NCBI GenBank assembly: GCA_040954595.2 | Contig: CM082583.2 | Location: 1,312,925 to 1,376,924, forward strand | Reading direction: 5' to 3' | Length of the DNA stretch: 64,000 nt | From: Balanoglossus misakiensis | Taxonomy: Eukaryota > Animalia > Hemichordata | The notes under the pieces: generated by a model | Told to the model about the DNA's origin: nothing | The model's database searches: none | Seen by the model: the letters and a program-made list of their open reading frames with translations, nothing else | Program-made: the position numbers and the translations under genes | In this document: one piece after another, positions 53,584-64,000 of the stretch | How positions within the stretch are numbered: the stretch's first letter is position 1 | Layout: each line of letters begins with the position of its first letter

Positions 53584-53919
53584 TATGGAGAAGTGAGAGA
53601 TTTACTCCAGAAGGATCACGTGACGGAAACTCTTACCCTATCAGAGTTGACTTTGTTTCCCGCCAAACTTTATACTTGTAGCAGATTTATTGTAATTGTT
53701 GAGTGTTTGCTCCGGCGTTCGTGGGACTTATATATAACCCAGTTTTGGCGCTTTCGGGCAGCATTTTGTAAGGAGCTCTGTGGTGTTACTTTGTTGTTGG
53801 ATTCAGATGGTAATAAACCAGTGTTTTACCTAGCACTGAATCGTTCGCTTCTTTTCCAACGTCAGTATACTCGAACCCCCTCCCGGGAGTATTGATCACT
53901 GCCACGATACTTCCCCACA
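53584..53919 (+). repeat. 3' LTR of B copy 2
   Basis: 336 bp; about 6 differences from its 5' LTR by eye. Confidence 0.95.
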
Positions 53920-56900
53920 ATTTGGTCAAAATGGTAAATTTTTGAAAATTACAAAAAATACCCGTTTTCTACATTTTCGAAAATCTGATGGAGTATAAAA
54001 TGCTCTTCGTATGTATATATCGATACAAATTCCAAAAAAGACAGTCTAATATGGCTCACTGCAGACAAAATTGCGTTTTACCAAATTTTCCTTGAAAATG
54101 CCATTTTTAGAAATAAAAATAAAAAAACCTTTGTTCTTCGAATTTGGTGCCCTGATCATATATGACATGTTGATTGTATGTTAAAACTTTCGACCACTCC
54201 AAAAATGCAGAGATATTGACGGAATTCAAGAAAAAATAGCCATTTTGGCCATATTTTGACAAAAATGGTAGATTTTTAAAAAATCATAAAACATTAACTC
54301 TTTTCTTCATTTTCGGAAATATTACGGATCATGAAGTGTCGTTCTCTGTAAAAAGTGCTGCAAATTCCAGAAAAGGCGGTATAATTTGAATCACCCAAGA
54401 CAAAATTACCATTTTCGACTTTTTTTCGGAAAATTGTCTTTTTTACAAAATAAATAAGAATAAATTATTTTCTTAGTTTCAAACGGGTAGAGATACTTTC
54501 CACTCGGGTTTTCTAACATTGAATTCCCGTTCATCAACTCAGATTTCCTACAGCATAAGTCGGCTAAAACCCTGACACTCTAGAGCAGAAACAGTTGCAC
54601 ACTGGTAACTTTGAACAAGTCGATTTTTATACGGCCTGGCTCGGCTAAATCTCCGTCACAACATGACAGACACTAGCGTACGTTAGGAATGGTGATCAAG
54701 TCAGATTTTCTACGGCATGGCTTGGATAAAGCCCAGGCACTCTAGAGCAGAAACACGCGTACAGAGACCACGTTGATCAAGTCTGATCTCCTACGGCTTG
54801 GCTCGACTAAAACCCAGGCACACTATGACAGACACTAGCGTTCGTTAGCAACGTTGATCAAGTCAGATTTCCTACGGCATGGCTTGGCTAAAGCCCTGGC
54901 ACTCTAGAGCAGAAACACGCGTACGGAGACCACGTTGATGTACTCACATTTCCTTCGGCCAGGCACGGCTGATGCCCCGGCACTATATATAGGACACAGA
55001 CTGACGTAAGTTAACAACGGTAATCACGTCGGGTTTCCTACGGCCTGGCTCAGCTGAAGCCCCGGCACTCTAGAGCAGAAACAGGCGTAGATTGACCACG
55101 TTGATCAAGTCAGATTTCCTACGGCGTGACTCGGCTGGTACACCGGCTCTATATGACACAGACTGGCGTAAGTTACCAACGGTGATTACGTCGGATTTCC
55201 TACGGCCTGGTTTAGCTGAAGCCCCGGCACTTTAGAGCGGAAACACGCGTACATTGACCACGATGATCAAGTCAGATCTCCTACGGCCTGGCTAGACTAA
55301 AACCCCGGCACACCATGACAGACACTAGCGTTTGTTAGCAACGTTGATCAAGTCGGAATTCCTTAGGCCTGGCTCTGCAAAAGACCCGACACTCTAGAGC
55401 AGAAACACGCGTACAGAGACCACGTTGATCTACTCGGATTTCCTTCGGCCTGGCTCTGCAAAAGACCCGACACTCTAGTACAAAGACGTTGGCAAGTCGG
55501 GCAAACCGAAGAGGGAAAGTCACAGCGGGTCAACACTCGACATTTGTTCCGGTAGGACTGCATTATTGCCTGTCAATTTATAGAGAGAGCCCGAATTTAA
55601 CCAGGGCGTTTCAAACACCGACGTTAGTTGGGGGCACGGCCTGCAGTACTGCCGGGTAAGCTGACATCGGCGTACCGCATTTAATGTAAGGGGGGGGGGA
55701 ACAGAACGGTTCAATACTACATTTATTAGATATCAGCTAATTTTGGACAATCATCTAAAATCTAAATCATGTTTTCATATTTGGATATCTGATGATGTAT
55801 GAAATTTCCATTATATGTAAAAATGGTGCTTATTATAAAAAATGCACTCTGAATGAGCTGATTTAATACAAAATTGCGTTTTATTCGTTTTTGCACCAAA
55901 CAGGTCATTTTTAGGCAAAACATTCTTTATTTTTTTAATTCGGTGACCTGATCATATATAAACAATTGCTTGTATGTTAAAATTTTTAAGACTTTTAAAA
56001 GCAGTGACACTGGCGGCATTCAACACGAAAATAACAATTTTAGCCACAATTTGGTCAAAATGGTAAATTTTTGAAAATTACAAAAATACCTGTTTTCTAC
56101 ATTTTCGGAAATCTGATGGAGTATAGAATGCTCGTCGTATGTATATATCGATACAAATTCCACAAATGACCGTCTAATTTGTCTCACTGCAGACAAAATT
56201 GCTTTTTACCAAATTTTCCTTGAAAATGTCATTTTTAGAAAAAAAAATAAAAAAACCTTTGTTCTTCGAATTTGGTGCCCTGATCATATATGACATGTTG
56301 ATTGTATGTTAAGACTTTCGACCACTCCAAAAATGCAGAGATATTGACGGAATTCAAGAAAAAATAGCCATTTTGGCCATATTTTGACAAAAATGGTAAA
56401 TTTTTAAAAAATCATAAAAAATTAACTCTTTTCTTATTTTTTCGGAAATATTATGGAGCATGAAGTGTCGTTCTCTTGTAAAAAGTGCTGCAAATTCCAG
56501 AAAAGGCGGTATAATTTAAATCACCCAAGACAAAATTACCATTTTCGACTTTTTTTTCGAAAAATTGTCTTTTTTACAAAATAAATAAGAATAAATTCTT
56601 TTCTTAGTTTCAAACGGGTAGAGATACTTCCCACACGGGTTTTCTAACATTGAATTCCCGTTCATCAACTCAGATTTCCTACAGCATAAGTCGGCTAAAA
56701 CCCTGACACTCTAGAGCAGAAACAGTTGCACACTGGTAACGTTGAACAAGTCGATGTTTCTACGGCCTGGCTCCGCTAAATGTCCGTCACAATATGACAG
56801 ACACTAGCGTACGTTAGCAACGGTGATCAAGTCAGATTTTCTACGGCATGGCTTGAATAAAGCCCCGGCACTCTAGAGCAGAAACACGCGTACAGAGACC

Positions 56901-59852
56901 ACGTTGATCAAGTCCGATCTCCTACGGCTTGGCTCGACTGAAACCCCGGCACACTATGACAGACACTAGCGTTCGTTAGCAACGTTGATCAAGTCAGATT
57001 TCCTACGGCATGGCTTGGCTAAAGCCCTGGCACTCTAGAGCAGAAACACGCGTACGGAGACCACGTTGATGTACTCACATTTCCTTCGGCCAGGCACGGC
57101 TGATGCCCCGGCACTATATATAGGACACAGACTGACGTAAGTTAACAACGGTAATCACGTCGGGTTTCCTACGGCCTGGCTCAGCTGAAGCCCCGGCACT
57201 CTAGAGCAGAAACAGGCGTAGATTGACCACGTTGATCAAGTCAGATTTCCTACGGCGTGACTCGGCTGGTACACCGGCTCTATATGACACAGACTGGCGT
57301 AAGTTACCAACGGTGATTACGTCGGATTTCCTACGGCCTGGTTTAGCTGAAGCCCCGGCACTTTAGAGCGGAAACACGCGTACATTGACCACGATGATCA
57401 AGTCAGATCTCCTACGGCCTGGCTAGACTAAAACCCCGGCACACCATGACAGACACTAGCGTTTGTTAGCAACGTTGATCAAGTCGGAATTCCTTAGGCC
57501 TGGCTCTGCAAAAGACCCGACACTCTAGAGCAGAAACACGCGTACAGAGACCACGTTGATCTACTCGGATTTCCTTCGGCCTGGCTCTGCAAAAGACCCG
57601 ACACTCTAGTACAAAGACGTTGGCAAGTCGGGCAAACCGAAGAGGGAAAGTCACAGCGGGTCAACACTCGACATTTGTTCCGGTAGGACTGCATTATTGC
57701 CTGTCAATTTATAGAGAGAGCCCGAATTTAACCAGGGCGTTTCAAACACCGACGTTAGTTGGGGGCACGGCCTGCAGTACTGCCGGGTAAGCTGACATCG
57801 GCGTACCGCATTTAATGTAAGGGGGGGGGGAACAGAACGGTTCAATACTACATTTATTAGATATCAGCTAATTTTGGACAATCATCTAAAATCTAAATCA
57901 TGTTTTCATATTTGGATATCTGATGATGTATGAAATTTCCATTATATGTAAAAATGGTGCTTATTATAAAAAATGCACTCTGAATGAGCTGATTTAATAC
58001 AAAATTGCGTTTTATTCGTTTTTGCACCAAACAGGTCATTTTTAGGCAAAACATTCTTTATTTTTTTAATTCGGTGACCTGATCATATATAAACAATTGC
58101 TTGTATGTTAAAATTTTTAAGACTTTTAAAAGCAGTGACACTGGCGGCATTCAACACGAAAATAACAATTTTAGCCACAATTTGGTCAAAATGGTAAATT
58201 TTTGAAAATTACAAAAATACCTGTTTTCTACATTTTCGGAAATCTGATGGAGTATAGAATGCTCGTCGTATGTATATATCGATACAAATTCCACAAATGA
58301 CCGTCTAATTTGTCTCACTGCAGACAAAATTGCTTTTTACCAAATTTTCCTTGAAAATGTCATTTTTAGAAAAAAAAATAAAAAAACCTTTGTTCTTCGA
58401 ATTTGGTGCCCTGATCATATATGACATGTTGATTGTATGTTAAGACTTTCGACCACTCCAAAAATGCAGAGATATTGACGGAATTCAAGAAAAAATAGCC
58501 ATTTTGGCCATATTTTGACAAAAATGGTAAATTTTTAAAAAATCATAAAAAATTAACTCTTTTCTTATTTTTTCGGAAATATTATGGAGCATGAAGTGTC
58601 GTTCTCTTGTAAAAAGTGCTGCAAATTCCAGAAAAGGCGGTATAATTTAAATCACCCAAGACAAAATTACCATTTTCGACTTTTTTTTCGAAAAATTGTC
58701 TTTTTTACAAAATAAATAAGAATAAATTCTTTTCTTAGTTTCAAACGGGTAGAGATACTTCCCACACGGGTTTTCTAACATTGAATTCCCGTTCATCAAC
58801 TCAGATTTCCTACAGCATAAGTCGGCTAAAACCCTGACACTCTAGAGCAGAAACAGTTGCACACTGGTAACGTTGAACAAGTCGATGTTTCTACGGCCTG
58901 GCTCCGCTAAATGTCCGTCACAATATGACAGACACTAGCGTACGTTAGCAACGGTGATCAAGTCAGATTTTCTACGGCATGGCTTGAATAAAGCCCCGGC
59001 ACTCTAGAGCAGAAACACGCGTACAGAGACCACGTTGATCAAGTCCGATCTCCTACGGCTTGGCTCGACTGAAACCCCGGCACACTATGACAGACACTAG
59101 CGTTCGTTAGCAACGTTGATTAATTCAGATTTCCTACGGCATGGCTTGGCTAAAGCCCTGGCACTCTAGAGCAGAAACACGCGTACAGAGACCACGTTGA
59201 TCTACTCACATTTCCTTTGGCCTGGCACGGCTGATGCCCCGGCACTATATATAGGACACAGACTGGCGTAAGTTAACAACGGTAATCACGTCGGGTTTCC
59301 TACGGCCTGGCTCAGCTGAAGCCCCGGCACTCTAGAGCAGAAACAGGCGTACATTGACCACGTTGGTCAAGTCAGATTTCCTACGGCGTCACTCGTCTGG
59401 TGCACCGGCTCTATATGAGACAGACTGGCGTAAGTTATCAACGGTGATTACGTCGGATTTTCTACGGCCTGGTTTTGCTGAAGCCCCGGCCAATGTGGGA
59501 TTTCCCTTTATTGTGTGTTTTACAATTGGTAAAGCAGTTTCTCACACTGTTAAACTATTTTTATTGATGGAAAAGTGGTAAAAATACTGGAGAAACAATG
59601 TAAAATCACCTTTTACTGAGTTTTCTCTTACTAATTAGCATAAAAATTGTTATAAAACAGTAAACGATCCAGTGTATTTTTACACACACACACCTCTCTC
59701 GACTCACACAGATCTGCAGAATGTATGCATGTGTTATGGTACATATTCTGAAATGATTCACAGCAAGATCACTACATATACATTGAAACTTTTTAAATTC
59801 GAAACGACAATATACATATATATACATTATCTACTGTTCAACAATCTTTATT

Positions 59853-62800
59853 TCACTTTTGGTATGGCCCACGTTTTTTTACTTCTGGTACAACATGGCT
59901 GGGGTGTGATTTTATGTGGTGATCTTTCATCATTAACTCTACCTTCTTTAGATTGTCCCCAGGTACACAGTTATAACTTCTCAGTGATTTATTCATGCGA
60001 TGGTGGGTTGATTCTATCCCTTGTTCAGAAAACAAGCCCAACCCTCTCTGAAAATGCCTCACCCTTTTTGCAACATGGCACTCAAGCAGATGGAGTTTGG
60101 GAAAAACATTCTGGGATGGGAACGTTTCTCTGTAATGCTGTAGTAGCTGTGAAATAGCAGAATCTGAAAAAAGGAAAGAATTATAAAATAGCATATGCAT
60201 AGTGAAAACATTACAAAAAATTTCTATGTATCATCTACAGTTTCTCATATTACTTTCCACACTTGTATATTCACAACTGAATCTATATATATGCTATATA
60301 TATATAGAACAAAAATCATGCACTGCTATAAGATTGCATTGGGATGCTTACTTGTATTATATATTTAATGATGCTAGTAGGAAGTGCACAAGGAACTGTA
60401 GTTGATTTGTAGAACAATAACATGAAGTGTTTACAAACAATGAAGCTGTAATATATTTGAAGTTATTTGTGACATTAAAAAACTACTGAAAAATACAGTA
60501 CAATAAAAATACTGAACTAAAAGCATGCAGGAATACTTATCCGAATAAATAACAAGCTTATATCCTGTGCATGGATTGATATCCCAAATTGTAGAATACA
60601 ACAGTATGTTATCCAAACTTTGCGATGGAAATCATTTAACTAAACAAATGCAGAAACAGAGAAAATATTAGTAGGGAAATCAAATCTCCAAAATACAATC
60701 TTCTTCATGTTGGCATGCAAACAGCACCTGAGAAATAAATACTGTACAACTAGAAACTCTATTACATGAAAAGGTAAATAAAATCTTTCATGAGACATTG
60801 TATACTCAACACACCCAATGTATCAATTTCCTCTGCGCAGAGTTCTCTATTCACAGAATATATGTTATGGCAGGTAGCAAAGTGTGTAAACAGTTGTTGA
60901 TGCTTTGACATAATTTGCCGAGCGTTGCTGAAAAGATCAGGACAACATTTCTCAGTTGTAGTTACTACACTGTCACAAAGGATAGTAACATGCTTTGGCT
61001 GAAAAGTAAAATAGATGGTTACTCCACTGACATGTACACGAAGGCATGTTCAGAACATAGAAAAAATTAAACCTAAAATTTGTAACAATTGAAAACTATT
61101 GACATTTATGCAGTCTTTTAACATTTTCTTTCACAAAGATATAAAATCAATTATGTATGTAAATAAATGTAAAATGAAAATTATGAACTAACTACATGTT
61201 TACTATCTGCATAGTACATTTCACAAAAGTAAAACCTGATTACAACTAATGTTGATTCACATTAATGCATGCTTATGATTGGTGGACATGCACAAAAACT
61301 GAAAAGCAAAATGTTTGTATTTAAAAAAAGAAAACACATTCTGAAAGAGAACTTGAAACAAATTGACAAAGTGTCAGTGGTCATGCAAACTCAGAACAAT
61401 ATTTATCCTACATGGTATGACAAACCTTGCAACATTTGTTGACATGATTGCCAACAAAGGCCTGGCTATGGTAATCCTGCAAGTGTACATTAATTTTTGC
61501 AAGGGCTCTATCAAGAGCCCTCACAGTATAACCTGCATGTTGCGGGAGTTTTCCTTTCAAGTCTTCAATTATCTGAAGCTAAGAAAGTATGATAATCCAT
61601 TTGTTACTTTTCCTGTAAAGTGAATAAAAGTAAAATTAGATGAAAAACAATTGAAAGTCGAACAACATTAAGATATTAACCTTTTCCTTTGCCTGATCAT
61701 GTAATTGTGAACACTCCTTTTCCATTTGCATGGCCTGGACAAGTGAGGGTTGACTGTCGTCATTGTCGTCATCATCATCATCATCGTCGTCCCCACTTTC
61801 TTCCAGTAACATTGCTTTGTCAATGGCACCTCTAACACTTTCTGCCCTATCCTGTAGCTCAGCCAGTAAGGATTCTTCTTTCATGATTTTGTTGATGATG
61901 TTGACATACTCGTCAAACAACTCACAGGGCAGAACGGGCTCATCAATATCATCCTCTCTTGCTAAACGCAGGAAGATTTCAACATCATGCAATCTGCATG
62001 CCTCTTGCAGCATCTTAAACCATCGGTGAAAAATTCCAAGAGAAATGTGTAACACTGGCAGAGCAACCTAAGTGTATATGAAGAAGATCATTAGAGGGAC
62101 AATATCTGTAACTTTAGGCTACTTTTGTCAGTATCTTCTTGACATGAAATCACTTTTTAGCATAAACAACCATGCTCGAACTCACATATATGAGGTTTAC
62201 TGAGCAAATTAATAATAAACGTTTCATATGGGGGTGGGGGACTCAAGGTACACACTTTTTAACAAAATAAAAATACTGACAAAAGTTGCTAAATGAAGCT
62301 TTAAATACTAATATAATAATCTAAAGAATCTGGTTGAGAAAAAAGAAATATTAATATTGTTGATGAATGTCAATTTCACTAACCCTTTTAAGTGGGATAT
62401 TGAACAATGGTTTACGTATACAGTTGTTAAATTCTTTCGCATCTTTCAGGTTTGATCCTTTCTCTGTAAACCGGGCATAGTCTTGATGAATCCGGGTGAG
62501 CGTCCTCGCTGGAATGGGTGGTCTGCGCTCAGGGTCCAAAAGTGATGTTTCCTTGGTAATCAGGCACCACAGACAGAAGTACTTTCCTGTCAAACACAAT
62601 TTATTTGTTGTTTTTCAAAAGATGAAATTTTGAAAGTTAGAGTATCCAACTGCAAAATGCATTATTTGACAAGACGTAAATTGAGCACCTGCCACTTGCT
62701 CCAGACAACCCGTAGCTCTTACAAAGGTACTCATAGTCACTAGTAATGTGTACGCGGAGTAACCATTCCCTAAACAGTGCACATAAAAAGAATTAAATAC

Positions 62801-64000
62801 AAAGATAATATTCATTCATGACAAAATACAGTCATTACCCTTAGCAAGTGAAACAAGATGTAAATAAAAACAGAAAGGTACTTACTTCCATTTGTGTTCA
62901 TCGAGCAGATCTATTTGGCCTGAATTCACAGTCATTGCTCTGCGGAGGTTTCTGTAGCTGTCACCAGCTAGGAACAAATTCCAAACAACCGTGTTTTCAA
63001 CACTGTTAGGTTGTTCAACGTTGAGGATCTGGAAGGTTGATTTCATTGAGCCACCTCCGTGATCACCACCAACTTTAATCCAGATCTCATTTGCAGGGAT
63101 ACCCTTGTGTGAAACAAGCTTTGATGTACTAGTCAAATAAAAAGAAATCAACAAATTTATGAGACACATTTTCTGAAAGCAACTTTATATTGTAGGTAAA
63201 ATGCTTTCAATGAGTCGTTCAAAAATGGGCACCTGTGAAATATTTTAAGGTCTATTGATTTTCATGAAACATGTGTTTTGCTGACTAAACTATTGTACAT
63301 TATGCATTATGAGTATGGACTTCATGCAATAACATGTACCTTCACAGTATCAATTTCGCCTACCTTCGTAATTTCCTCAATGTTGACCAAGTGATATCAA
63401 GGTCGGTTTTCAAAAGTAACCCAGCACCAGGTGGTGCGTTAGCTGCTATGCCGAGTGATTCCAGAATCGATTCCTTATTTTCTTTGCCCATCCTTTTGAA
63501 GTCAGCACCAGCTTGTATAGTGGAGGAATCGCCTCCACCACTGACTGTCTCTCTTACTTCTTTCAAACTCTTCGACCTCTCTATTAATGTATATTTACTA
63601 CAGTCCTGGCTTGTTATACGCGGTTTGGTTATTTTTGCCATGATTAAAGGCTGCAAAGTAAATGATAGAATTTCCTTCTTTACAGTGTTTTTAAACATGA
63701 TATAGTTTTGCTATCCTTTATGTATCAATGATTGGGTTTGACTAGCAATATAATTTTGACATACACACAGTGACATGATTTCAAAGGTAAATCTTGAAAC
63801 TGCTTTTTAAACGGATCTCATACTCACTTGTCCCCCTGTCTTAAATCTAACGGTGTTGTCCTCTGCCATGCTCATATTTTCTTTCAGAATTCTGGTAGCC
63901 AGGACCTCAAACTCTCTGTATTCTCTGAACTGATGCATTCTATCCAGAATTGTAGCAGTAGCTGTGGTAGTTGACTGTAGTGGCGAAGTTTGCTCTGTTG
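59853..64000 (-). CDS. Multi-exon RAG1/Transib/Chapaev-like DDE transposase, 5' end outside window (~671 aa visible)
   Basis: Phase-consistent exons 64000-63828, 63650-63364, 63128-62886, 62769-62693, 62586-62384, 62067-61681, 61578-61426, 60998-60815, 60163-59853, with no internal stops. Motifs KVGGDHGGGS, TSDYEYL..YGLSGASG, CLWC, LHISLG, FVGNH, PKLHLLECH, SEQGIESTH. Confidence 0.82.
61755..61790 (-). repeat. Coding (GAT/GAC)n microsatellite giving a poly-Asp tract
   Basis: TCGTCATTGTCGTCATCATCATCATCATCGTCGTC on +, encoding DDDDDDDDDNDD in the exon frame. Confidence 0.8.

Larger units (their letters stand above)
45997..53919 (+). mobile_element. BEL/Pao LTR retrotransposon B, copy 2 (with nested LINE)
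   Basis: LTRs 45997-46332 and 53584-53919; TSD ATTTG (45992-45996 and 53920-53924); PBS 46337-46354; PPT 53575-53583. Confidence 0.97.
5271..59490. repeat. ~2.05-kb composite macrosatellite, 17 units plus a partial unit, interrupted by TEs
   Basis: Landmark AACTCAGA..CCTACAGCATAA recurs near 7261, 9315, 11372, 13428, 21804, 23449, 25504, 27552, 29439, 31168, 32895, 40299, 42510, 44558, 54536, 56667, 58798; 17 poly-G tracts. Confidence 0.97.
59491..64000 (-). mobile_element. Probable DNA transposon carrying the RAG1-like transposase
   Basis: Satellite monomer breaks off at AAGCCCCGGC|CAATGTGGG, 362 bp past the transposase stop; the other end is not in the window. Confidence 0.55.

Noticed and set aside
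59491-59530. Full RSS (heptamer-spacer-nonamer) at the putative terminus
   Set aside because: No ACAAAAACC-like nonamer at 12 or 23 bp; only the heptamer resemblance is kept
59672-60157. 161-aa plus-strand ORF and other antisense ORFs over TE genes
   Set aside because: Shadow frames opposite real coding exons, with no motifs
63766-63805. Perfect RSS heptamer CACAGTG in a transposase intron
   Set aside because: No nonamer-like sequence at 12 or 23 bp; a 7-mer is expected by chance in 64 kb

Overview
Eukaryotic (metazoan-type) heterochromatin-like window with no ordinary host gene. From 5271 to 59490 it is a ~2.05-kb macrosatellite (17 units plus a partial one). Each unit has a GC-rich block of ~11 81-bp monomers alternating A/B (162-bp dimer), a spacer with a decayed inverted repeat and poly-G, and an AT-rich block of ~2.7 degenerate ~333-bp repeats. 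Mobile elements interrupt the array: a deleted BEL/Pao element (1-5270); two copies of a second BEL/Pao element at the same unit position, which diagnostic variants show to be one insertion duplicated at DNA level (the second carries a nested CR1-type LINE); an Academ-like non-autonomous element with a nested L1/Tx1 fragment; and a Helentron-type HINE. The array ends abruptly at 59490/59491. Beyond it, on the minus strand, is a gene of at least 9 exons with an open frame, encoding a RAG1/Transib/Chapaev-like DDE transposase. It has the full catalytic and zinc-binding motif set, is mostly missed by the ORF track, and has a possible heptamer-like terminus at the junction. All calls come from manual reading; no searches were run.
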